A DNA stretch of 64,000 nt from Isurus oxyrinchus (lineage: Eukaryota): the NCBI GenBank assembly GCA_026770705.1, contig JANJGN010000041.1, forward strand, positions 4,588,001 to 4,652,000. The letters run 5' to 3'. The notes below the pieces were generated by a model, which did no database searches, was not told where the DNA came from, and worked only from the letters and a program-made list of their open reading frames with translations. The translations under genes were made by a program, and so were the position numbers. This document shows positions 12,360 to 23,722 of this stretch, piece by piece. Numbering within the stretch: position 1 is the first letter of the stretch; each line of letters begins with the position of its first letter.

Positions 12360-14173
12360 ATTAAGACGGTGCTTTCTTGCTACTTGGAGTCCTGGTGATG
12401 ACGCATCCCATCACATCCCAGCAGCTCCATTTCCTTATGGATTTTATTGGTAAGTCTGTCTCTACGTAATCTACATTGTGAAATATTGTCAGGTGCAGGA
12501 GGAGGCCATTTCGCTCCTCATGGTATTTTCAAAATAAAAAGATATTTTTTTTTCAGATCGATACCTCAACTGCATTAGCGAACATTGATTCTGGAAACTT
12601 TAATGATGTTTCCTCATATAAAATATATCAAGGTGAATTTCGACTGATTGAATACTATTGAAATATGCTAATATTTGGATGTATGGGCATTATCTCCAAC
12701 TTTTTGCCATCTTCCAAAGATTCTTCCTTTCTCCCTGTCTGACTTCCCATCTGTTCACAGCCACCGCTAATATCATGTATAAACAAAGCATTGGCTTCCA
12801 TACATCCGCAGAGGAGCCTAACTTGCCAGCTTGTGGTGCAACCTCGCCGTTTCTTCAACATTAACAGGTGACTGATCGAAAACCCGTATCAGCAAAGTTT
12901 TCCACCAAATCGAATATATTTATACACCGTTTGGGACAATGACTTCAAGTCCCAAACCAAACTCCATTCCCTGGATACCAGCGCCAGCCCTGTTCTTGGA
13001 ACCTGTTTGAGGTGCAGACATAGTGAATTCAAAACACTGTTGTCCTGTTTCAAACACAGGCCTGTGTTATTGCAAAGGACTCTTCAATCCACCTCAGTAT
13101 CATCGCCCGACCCATCCTCTGTCTCAGCTCATCTGCAGCTGAAGTACTCATCGACACATTTGACACTTTTATACATGACTATCCCAATGCAATCCTGGCT
13201 GTTCGATCGCATTTTAATCACCATACCCTGAGGCCATTCCAAAGCACTGCTACCTTGGCAACCTAATTCACTTTGGCCCGCATTCATCAATCAAACCCTG
13301 AACTCACTGAATTATATTGGTTCCTCGTTACGCAATAACCAGATTTTAAAACGGTCATTCTTGTTCTCAAATACCCGGTTGGTCATTCCCGTTCTTGCTC
13401 TGGAATCTCCTCTAGGCACACAATTGCTGGAGATCTCTGTGCCCCTCTAGTTCGGGACTCTTGAGAATGCCTGCGTAATATCGCTGCAACATTGGCGGCT
13501 GTTAATTCAGGTGTCAGATACCTGAAAACTGGAATTCCTCCTAATTCCTATCCTGCTCCCTCTTCCTCCTTAATCCTTTCTCCGTAAATAAATGTTTTGG
13601 TCACCTCTCCAGTTCACTCCTCAGGCGGTTAGATGTATGATGCTGTTTGATAGAGCTCCTGTGAAGCAGTTTGGGATGCAATATTGGGTGATCTCAGTTC
13701 CTGTTGTTTTATAAGATACGGAAAGTTCTGCTTGGTAGATGGAGGGAATATACTGTGACTTGTGGTCGGTAGCAACAATCTACGAAACGCCAACATATAA
13801 AAGTCACTCATAAAAGCAAGAAATAACATAGTTGAAACCTTTTCACTCAGTAAGCAATGAATATGTGGAACTGGCCAGCACAGGGAGTGTTTGTGGTAAA
13901 TAGTGTAGATGTATTTAAGATGAAACTGGATAAGCATGTGATAGGGAAAGTATTTCTATGCAACATCACATTCATCATGTGAGTCTAACATCTTATTGCC
14001 TCACTGTTCTCCTACGCAGTCATACAGAGTGATTAATTTTCTGTTGCTACGTTTCAGGTCAATTATTCGGTTGCACAAAATATGGTGGGAAATGCCGAGA
14101 ATTGTTGTGGGGGCCACGCGAGCCTCTGCTACCTCAAATATGTCTCTGGAGTCGTCTCTGCTGCAGGAGTTAG
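12360..14173 (+). pseudogene. beta-defensin-like gene/pseudogene C (exon 1 12360-12449, exon 2 14058-14173)
   Basis: Exon 1 reads [ATT]KTVL-FLLLGVLVMTHPITSQQLHFLMDFIG (start ATG>ATT, 1-nt deletion). Canonical donor G|GTAAGT at 12450 and acceptor tttcag at 14057. Exon 2 is open: GQLFGCTKYGGKCRELL[W]GPREPLLPQICLWSRLCCRS* (5 of 6 Cys, C3=TGG). TATA at 12300-12307, AATAAA at 14298-14303. Confidence 0.88.
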
Positions 14174-14297
14174 TCATCTACCATAATGCATTAAGATGTG
14201 AACCCGTCTGAGGCTGAGGCAGAAGACAATATTTAATCAGGGTTCACTTGATAATAGAGGCCCCGCGATTCCAGACCCACTGCTGTATGGAAATGTG

Positions 14298-14303
14298 AAT
14301 AAA
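14298..14303 (+). terminator. polyadenylation signal of defensin C
   Basis: AATAAA about 125 nt after the stop codon; the homologous position is degenerate in copies A (AAGAAA) and D (AATAAC). Confidence 0.6.
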
Positions 14304-15049
14304 TGTTGCTGCATTCATCATCACCTTTATTCATGGTCTCATTTATCACTCTGATCAGCTGATGGTCATGTTGAAATGGAGAGGTTCGGGGAGAGCGGGG
14401 TGTGGGCCATCAGAGAATGGCAGGGTCACATTGTCATTTCATAGCTCCAACATAGCCTCACACACACAGAATATCACCCGTCTGCCAATTCCACAACGTT
14501 ACAGACCCCACATGCCTCGTATGGTCAGTTTCCCTGGGAGGGTGGAAGTAATTGAACACTGGCATTCAGGCCGGCGGAGAAGATCGGAGAGCCCTTAACA
14601 GTTAGTACAGATACCACCCTGCATCATGGCATCAGGACAAACATGATTTTGGGATCTCCATGTCAGTAATCACATTCTGTCCTCCTGATGCAGAGTGGCT
14701 CTGCCATTATAATTAGGGGTGAAAGCTAGCTGTGTGATATGTTAATGAGACACAGTATACATCATAACAGGAAGTGAGGCAACGTTTAATGATCTTGCAT
14801 TTTCTTTTCGACTTCATGGCAGGTAGAAGCTACAGTAAAGATATTTCTCAATTAAAACTTAATGTTTTGAATACATCAGTAGAAATTGTAAATATTCTGT
14901 GCAGTAATCACGATACCGTTTACATTATATGATGGCAGTGAGAGAACGGTCAAACACAGGAAGTCCTAGCAGGGGCAGAAAGCTAAGAGCAGGCGGTAAA
15001 TCTGAACCAGGCAGACACTTGGCTGAGTTGGCGCCTGTTTTTTGGCATA

Positions 15050-15800
15050 TCTTGCAAGATTTGGTGTCTCCCTGAAAAATATAGCTTTTGGCAGGTCAGT
15101 ACGATATTAAAGATTGTTGGTGGCTGTGCAGATAATATCTTCGACTGGAAAGGGAGTGAAGCAGAACAAATATGTTGCAATGAAGTAATAAAAACACCCA
15201 ATGCCTACTTCTGCCTTTTAAATAATACCAATATACTGCCACTTAGATTTAAGAAGCAATCACAGCAAAAAGGGAAATGAATGAATACACTTAACGACGG
15301 CCTGCATGGACTTGCAGAGAAATGTGAACATGGCAGCTTAATGCTGAACAAAGCAAGAACAGATTAGGCCTCGGAGTCTAGGATGTAGCATTGCTTCACC
15401 AATTGCAGTGTGTGGATGATTGTACCTTAACGCAGGCAATTCATCCCAGCAGAGAAGCTGAGTTCAAGATATAGAATCAATCCATGATTGGAGCTGTCAG
15501 GGGGAAATATGCCGCTAAAGTAAACATAGTTTCAGTGAAATAGGTTAACCTTAAAAACAGAGAGGGAGCCCTGAAAGAAAAGAATGGAAGGCAGGAGGAT
15601 CGTACAGCAACTTCCCAGCTAAATGTTTCAGTGTGGTGGGAAGGAAGGGAGAGCGGGTGAAGTGTGGAAATTATCCCTCCAAAGAATTTGGAGGACAGTT
15701 GTTCCAGAAAGAGTGGTGACTTTCAGTTGCAAGTCACAGTCAGATGCTAGGACAGAATAATTGAAATGAAAAGAAAAAGTAAACATCAAAAGAGAAATCA
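15050..15800 (+). mobile_element. degenerate Gypsy gag remnant
   Basis: GLHGLAEKCEHG near 15300-15335 resembles the LxxLAxxCEFG gag motif. Confidence 0.4.
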
Positions 15801-16009
15801 ATTTCACAGGACATGGCGTCACGTCTTGTGATAATGCATACTGCCTCTCATTCGAAAGGGAGATGCTGGGACAAATTCAGGGGCAGCAGACGCCTCAAAC
15901 CAGGCTGGTGTGTCAGAAATGATGGGAGCTGTTACAGCGCAGTCCTGCATCAGATGCAAATAATTAGGAAACCGAAAAGGAATGTGTTTTTTATTGTAAA
16001 TCCGTTCAC

Positions 16010-17300
16010 AGAATGTGGCCCCCTTGGCGAGGCCAGCACTTACTGTCCATCACTAAATCTCATTGAGAAAGCGCCGGTGAGCTGCCTTCTTGAAGCACTG
16101 CAGTCCATGTGTTTTAAGCCTCATTTCGGTTAGACAGGGGGTTCCAGTGTTTTTATCCAGTGACAGTGAAGCAACAGCAATATTTTTTAAATTAGAAAAG
16201 GCGAGTGGTTTAGATTGGATCTTACAGCGGGTGGTGCCTCCATGCAGCAGCATCCATTGTCCTTGTAGGTAATCTTGGATTTTAAGGTGCTTTCCACAGA
16301 ATCGTGCTGGGTTCCTGAAATGCATCTGGTAGATCGTAGATAAGACTGCTACTCTGTGTCGATGGTGGTGCATCATTCGCCAATAAAGCAGCTTGCATTG
16401 TCCTGGATGGTGTCAAGCATCTGTAGTGTTGTGAGACAGGCATTCATCCGGGCAATTGCATCACACTCTTGACGTCCGTCTTCTTGATACCGGACCTCAT
16501 CTGGGATGTCAGGAGTCTAATAACTCGCCGCGGGATTCCTGGAATCTGATCAGACCTTAGAGCCATCGAATTTGCATGGCTGTTCCAGTTCACTTTCTCG
16601 AAAAGGGAAATCCCCAGAATTAGGCGATGATAAATTCATTGAGTGTCAATTGGAAATGCTTGTGGGAATATTCATTCCCTGGCACTTGTGTGGCACAAAT
16701 GATACTTGTCTCTTTAGCCTTTGCATTGTCCAGGTCTTGCTGCATATGTTCATGGACCGCTTCAGTTCCTGAGGATTCACGAACGGTGCCTAACATTGTT
16801 CAACCATCCTTCTGTGACCTTATGATGTATAGTTGGTCTATGATAAAGAAGCTGAATGTGCTTCTCCCGCATCCCCGATTCCCAAATAATCCATTTTTGA
16901 GGTGTCACTGATGCCGCATTTGGTCAAATGCAGCCTTGATTTTAAGCACCCTGTCTCCCATCTGAACTCTGCACTTTCGCCTTTTTTTCCATGTTTGAAC
17001 CAAGGCTGTAACATGGTCAGGAGCTCAGTGGCCCTATTGGATCCCAAACTGAGCGTCTGTAAGCAGGTTATTGCAGAACAAGTGTCGTTTGATTACACTA
17101 TTAATGACACCTTCCACGACTTTGGTAATCGAAAGAAGTTTAATGCGGTGGTTATTGTCTTGGTTGGATTTGCTTTGCGTTTTGTGGACAGGTCATAGCT
17201 GCGCAATTTTACCACAGCCGGTAGAGACTACTGTTTTGGCTGCACCAGAACATGTTGGCTGGTGGGAAATCAGAAATATTTAACTGTATGTGCAGATGGA
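16010..17300 (-). mobile_element. 3' part of a second LINE family (non-CR1-type tail)
   Basis: The reverse strand carries RT remnants and the tail gcagtgcttcaagaaggcagctcacc...gctggcctcgcc. Related fragments at 10560-11170, 24770-25210, 30700-31340, 32700-33600, 35740-36460 and 36960-37330. Confidence 0.65.
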
Positions 17301-17599
17301 TCTGACAGGGTGAGAGAGACAGGGACCTTGAGAATAGGATGCAGAATTAGATGGCTTATCGAGCAGGAACAATTACTGACAAAGAGGGATAGGGCCAGAT
17401 AGGGCAAGGTAAAACCATCAACAACTAGAGAAGAGGGAGAGTGAGAAAAGATGGGGAGATTAAGGCTCTCATTTTTTTTATTCTGAGATGAAGAGAGTGA
17501 TTTAAGTAAATGTTTGCATTGTTATAACACCTTTCACAGGCTGAGAATTTCCAACAGTCATTACAGTCAATGACTTAGTACAGGATTGTGGTCACTGTG

Positions 17600-18590
17600 T
17601 GTCATCGCTCTCTCTTTCTCTGTCAGTCTGTCTGTCTGTCTGTCTCTCTCTCCCAGTCTCTCTCTCACTCCGTATCTACATATCCCCTCTCCATATAACT
17701 GTCTTCCCCACGATATACGGCTTTGACTATCCATTCTCTGTCACATTATTTATTTTTCTCGCTTTCTCTCTCAATTTCTGTTCCTGATTCATTCTCTCTC
17801 TCAAGGTATCCATATTTACACCCCTCTGTAACTCAATCAGTCTTGTCTGTCACTCTCTCTCTGTATCTTTTCTCCCGTTTGTATCTATTTCTGTAACCCT
17901 CTCCAAATGTGCCTCGCTCCCTCTGCATCTCTCACTGCCAGTCTCTCTCCGAATCTGCATTTCTCCGTGCAATCCTCCCCTGCTGTGTATATCTTTCTCT
18001 TTTTTCCCCCGTCTCTCTCTTTCCCTTTTTACATGTTTGTAACTATGTATTTATTGCTCTCTCCTTCTTTGAATCTTGGTATAGGTGCCTATCACATTCA
18101 GGTCATCTGTCCTAATGCATCCATGTCTGCTCCATTGGTTTTCTCTTTCCGTTCTGTGGCTCTCTCACTCTACCTTTCTGCCCCACGATACTTGTGTGTT
18201 TCCTCTTTTTCTCGCATTCTGCCTGTGCATATCTCTCCCTCCCTCCCACACACACACACATGTGCTTGCACAAGCAGCTGCACACATACTCAGGCATGCA
18301 CGCATGCACACATTCGCGCATGCATAAAAATTGCACCATAGGCTCAATGCCTCTGTGCCCCTTCCAAATTGAGACTGTATGTTTCAGTAATGCAACTCCC
18401 ACCTCCTCTGTGTCTTTCTTCCTCTTCCAAACATCTTTTCTGTTTGCTTCTTCTGAAAAACATCTCCCACTGTTTTGCTCACCCCATATGTGCCTCTCTC
18501 CCCCTATATTTCTCCATGTGCATGAGCATTTCTCCCTCTGTGTCCCTCTCTGGTCCGAGTCTCTCTGCTTACCTTCCTCCTTCTGTCAAT
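17600..18590. repeat. CT-rich low-complexity tract
   Basis: Direct reading. Confidence 0.75.
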
Positions 18591-18804
18591 TTCGTGGTCG
18601 ATGTTGAATTAGTTGGTGGTTTCCAAATGTTGAGGCTGTTGAAGTTGTTAATGTTTTTCAATGTTGATGTTGTTGAATTTGTTGGTGTTTTTCAAATGTT
18701 GAGTTTGTTGAATTTGTTTGAGTTTATGTTTGGGTGTGTGTATGTGCGTGCATACATGAGTGGATCATTCTCTCAGTGTATGTTTGTGTGTATGTACGTG
18801 TACT

Positions 18805-21800
18805 AGATACGAACAACCACAGTCGTTGGGACAGTGAGCTGGGCCATCCCAGGGACCAGAGCCGATCACACCCAGATCTCGGGACAATGATGTAGTCCAG
18901 ACAACGATCTGAACACGATGAAAACCAAATGTCGGAAAACGGAGCTGAACCAGAGCAGGGACTATACACGAAAACCCCAAGACCTCGGGTACAGTGAGCT
19001 TATACAACCCAGGGTCTAGACACGAGCAACCCAAGACCACCGGACACTGAGGTGGCCCAGTCCAGTGACTAGTCCCGCACACCCCCAGGCCACAGGGCAG
19101 TGATTTGGCACAACTCAGTGATCAGACCTAGATACCTCCAGAACAAAAACAGAATTACCTGGAAAAGCTCAGCAGGTCTGGCAGCATCGGTGGAGAAGAA
19201 AAGAGTTGACGTTTCGAGTCCTCATGACCCTTCGACAGAACTAGACACCTCCAGACCTCTTGTACAATGAGCGAGCCCAGCCAATGGACCAAACATGAAA
19301 ACCCCCAGACCTCAGGACAGTGAGCTGGTGCAGCCCAAGAACTAGATGCAAAAACCCTACAACTTGGGGGAGTGTGCTGACCCAGCCCAGGGACGCGATC
19401 CGAATGAACACAGAGCTCGGAGTAGTGAGCTGGCCCAGATCAGGGATTAGACACGAACATCTCCAGACATTGATTCAGTGAGCTGGCCCAGTTCTGGGAC
19501 TAGACCCGAACACCCTCAGACATCGGGACACTGAGCTGGCTGAGCTCAGGGAATAGACCCAAACACCCTTAGACCTCGGGACACAGAGGTGGCCCAGCTC
19601 AGGGACTAGACACGAACAACCCCAGGCCTCAGGACAATGAGCTGGCCCAGCTCAGGGACTAGATGTGAACACCCTCAATTCTTGGGACACTGCTCTGGTC
19701 CAGCTCAGGAACAAGAAACGAACACCCCCAGACCTTGGGACAGTGAGCTGGTCCAGCTCAGGGACTAGACACATAAACCCGCAGACCTCGGTAATGTGAG
19801 CATGATGAGCTCAAGGACTAGATCTTTATGCTCCCAGACCTCGGCAGAGTGAGCTGGCCCAGCCCGGGGTCCTGAATCGAGCACCAAAAGACCTCAGGAC
19901 AGTGAGCGCACCCAGCCCGGAGATTGGATATGAACATTCTGAGGCTCAGGTGCAGTGAGCTGGGCCAGACCAAGGACCAGAAACAATCACCCCCAGACCT
20001 CAGTACTGTAAGCTGCTCCATCCCAGTGACTAGAGGCGAACTCCCCTAGAAAACGGGACAGTGAGCTGGACCAGAACAATGATCAGACCCAAACACCATC
20101 ACACCTCAGGACAGTGAGCCTGCCCAGCTTAGTGACCAGATCCAAACACCACCAGACCTCGGAACAGTGAGCAGAGCCAGCCCAGGGACTAGCTGTGAAA
20201 AAACACCAGACCACTTCTAGATTGAGCTTGCCCAGCCAAGGTACTGGACGCGGACACTCCCAGAAAATGGGACAGTGAGCTCACCCCGAAAAGGGACTAG
20301 ACCCAAACACCATCTGACCTCGGGACAGTGAGCTGAGCCAGGCCAGGGACTAGACGCAAAAAAAAAAAAAAGCAGACCACTTGTATCTTGAGTTTGCCAA
20401 GCCCAGGGACTGGACGCGGATACTCCCAGAAAACGGGACAGTGAGCTGGGCCAGAACAGGGACGAGACCCAAACACCCCTTGAGCTCTGGACAGTGAGCT
20501 TGTATAGAACAGGACCAACACCCGAACACCGACAGACCTTGAGTATAGTGAGCTGGCCAGACCAGACTCTGGAACAGGACACCAAAGAACTTTGGGACAG
20601 TGAGCTGGACCAGTCCACGGACTAGACTTGAAGACCCACAGAGGTCAAGTACAGTGGGCAGGCCCAGCCCAGGGACAGGACAGGAACAATCCCAGACCTA
20701 AAATCAGTGATCTGACCCAGCCCAGGGACTAGACCCAAATACTCCCAGAGTATGGGACAGTGCTCTGGCAAAGTTCAGGAACTGGAACTGAACACAACTA
20801 AACATCGGGACATTGAGCTTATATAGAACAGGGACTAGACAAAACACCAACAGACCTCGAGTACAGTGAGCTGGCCCAGACCAGGCTCTGGAACAGGGCA
20901 CCAATGTACTTTGGGACAATGAGCTGAAAAAGTCCACAGACTTGAACTGAATAACCCCACAGGTTGGGTACAGTGAGTAGGCCCAGGCCAGGTGCAGGAG
21001 ATGAACCATCCCAGACCACGGGGCAGTGAACTGACCTAGCCCAGTGACTAGACGTGAACACCCCAAAACCTTGGGACAATAAGCTGGACAACTTCAGGGA
21101 CAAGAGACGAAATCCCCCAGGCCTCGAGTACAGTGAGATGGTCCGCACCAGGGACCAGACTCGAAAAGCCCCAGAACTCAGGACAGTGAGCTGTTCTAGC
21201 CAAGGGACCGGACAAGAACACCCCCAGAACTCAGGACAGAGAGTCGTCCCAGCCCAGGGACTGGACTGGAACACCCACGGGCCTCGGGACAGTGAGCTGG
21301 CCCAGCACAGAAGCGAGGCCAGAGCACCACCTGACCTGAGGACAGTGTGGTGACCCAACCCCTTGACCAGACACAGACACGCTCAGTTCTCGGAACAGAG
21401 AGCTGACCTAGCCCAGTGTCTAGACCCGAAAAAACACAGACCTGCTTTACAGTGAGCTCGCCCAGCCCTGGTACTAGACCCGAAGACCCGCAGTGCTTGG
21501 GGAAGTGAGAGGGCCCAGCCAAGGGACCAGACCCAAACAAAAACAGTCATCAGAGTAGTGAGCTAGTCTAGCCCAGGAGCAGGACTCGAACACACCCCAG
21601 TCCACGGGACAGTGAGGTAGGCCAGCCCAGGGGCAGGACTCGAACACACCCCAGACCTCGGGACAGTAATCTTGCCCTGCCCAGGGACTTGAATCGAGCA
21701 GTGAGCTGGTCCATGCAAGGCTCTATTACCAAACAACTCAAGACCTCGGGTACAGTGAAGTGGCCCAGACCATGGTCTAGATCCCAACACCCACAGAACC

Positions 21801-21870
21801 TGAGTCCGTGACATGGCCAAGTGCAGTGAGCAGACCCGAACAATACCAGACTCTGGTCAGTGAGCTGACT
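18805..21870. repeat. 53-bp satellite array (gggacagtgagctggcccagctcagggactagacacgaacacccccagacctc)
   Basis: Over 50 diverged tandem units; period measured at 19575 to 19628. Confidence 0.92.
19143..19240 (-). mobile_element. Penelope-type pLTR fragment inserted in the 53-bp satellite
   Basis: Same family as 6243-6390, 6688-6829 and 30339-30475; flanked by a 15-bp direct repeat ctagatacctccaga / ctagacacctccaga (19128-19142, 19241-19255). Confidence 0.7.
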
Positions 21871-21909
21871 AAAAATGTCATAGAGACATTAGCATAAACT
21901 TTATCATGC

Positions 21910-22560
21910 AGCAGGTTGTTAGGATCTGGAACGGGCTGTCTGAGAGTGTGGAGGATGGCGGGTGAATCGCGGGGTTAGGATCTTAAATGTGCAGCCTGAG
22001 AGTGTGAGGGAGGGAGGGTATATCGAGGGATTGGGATTTCACATGCGTGGTCTGGGAGTGTGTGGCCAATCGGGGGATTAGGATCTGGAATATGCTCCCT
22101 GAGACTGTGGGGGATGGAGGGTCAATCGAGGGGTCAGGATTTGGAATGCACTGCCTGAGCGGCTGGGGGAGGAAGGGTTAATCAAGGGGTTAGTACCTAG
22201 AACGTGCTGACTGGGAGTGTGGGGAGGGAGCATCAATCGAGGGGTTAGGATCTGGAACGCACTGCCTGAGATTGTTGGGGTAGTGGGTCAAACGAGTAGT
22301 TAGGATCTGGAATGCCCTGCCAGAGATTGTGGGGGAGGGAAGGTCAGTCAAGGCGTTAGGATGTGGAACGCAATGCCTGAGACTGTCTGGGAGGGAGGGT
22401 GATTTGCGGTGTTAGGATCTGGAATGCATGGCCTGAGAGCGTTAGTGAGGGAGGAACAATCGATGGGTTAGGATCTGGATTGCAGGGCCAGAGAGTGTGG
22501 ATGAGGGTAGGTCAATCGAATGGTTAGGAGGTGGATTGCGCTGCCTGAGAGTGATTTGGA
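21910..22560 (+). repeat. about 58-bp minisatellite derived from CR1 ORF2 3' end
   Basis: About 11 copies of ggttaggatctggaatgcactgcctgagagtgtgg...tcaatcgagg, followed by the remaining CR1 tail to about 22710. Confidence 0.85.
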
Positions 22561-22970
22561 AAAAGGGCCTACTGAGTGGTTCCAGAGGAAATCGGTTTGT
22601 TATCTGCGAAGGAGGACTGTGCTGGGTTGACGGGATCAGGGGGGCATATTGATTATTTCCTCACTCACAAAGTCAGCACAGATACGACGGGCCAAGAGGC
22701 CTCCTTCGGCACGGCAACTGGAACAACAGGGTCTGCATTGGAATCTGTGCTGTCAGAGGTTCTATTTTTAGAAGCAGGCACAAACTGAAAACAGAAAGTG
22801 AGAACGTAAACTGGAAATGGAATAAAAATATAAAACAATGAAAGGAACTAGTCCCTGCACCTTACAAGAAAATGAAAACGAAAAAAGAAAGTTGTGGGGA
22901 AACGGAATCCGATTGAGTCCATATCCAGCGTCGCAGAGCCATCCAATACCAGTACCGGCTGATCAGGAGT

Positions 22971-23722
22971 GTTATGAAGCACTACTAATATAGGTAATAT
23001 TATCAGAAGTGTTTTTCATTCAGAATGGAGGTTTAGTCAGTGGGTGTGTCTTAACTGGATTAAAGCCAGCTGGTGATCTGCAGTAGTTTTGATACAGAAG
23101 TGAGGTAGAGTGAATTTGCATTTTTCTGAATGAAGCATTGAAGAAGTGGAGTGAGAGCTGACACCTGCCCAGCAGCTACAAAGCAATATTGTTTATATTA
23201 CTGATAAAATCGGCACTATGAAAGGGGTTTTATTTGTTAAAGGAGTTTGGTTCAGATTTTGTTGATGATATATGAATGCACAATCAATGGGGTGGTGAGT
23301 GTAACTTCAGCAGTTTTCGGTTGTGCAGGGCAGAGGTAATGGGAGATGAAAAGGCAGCTGTGAGCCTCCAATTGGCTCCACTGGAACCAAAGTGAATAGA
23401 ACCTCATTTTGAATTCGCAAGGTGAAAACGTTTTGCCTGTATCTCGTTGATTCTAATGGTTGCTGTTACCTTATTGGAGATTGGTTTGGGAATTTGCTAT
23501 AAGTTATGATAGTATCAATTTTTAATCATGTCTTTTAACTAGTGCAAAATAATAAAATGTTTCATTTAGTTTAGTGTGAAATCTCGAAAACTGGTTGTCC
23601 AATTCATGAATTTAGTGTCGTATCTTAAACATAACACTTAAAATTGCAGGTAATGACAGTTGTTTAAAGTTTGCCGCTGGGATTTTGAAATGAATTCATT
23701 TTACCAACTACATCGGTCGAAA
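22971..23722 (+). mobile_element. probable solo LTR
   Basis: Starts TGTTATGA, AATAAA near 23551, LTR-like composition; 3' terminus eroded. Confidence 0.4.

Noticed and set aside
18805-21870. CRISPR-like appearance of regular repeats
   Set aside because: Whole units repeat with no unique spacers, the context is eukaryotic, and there are no cas genes.
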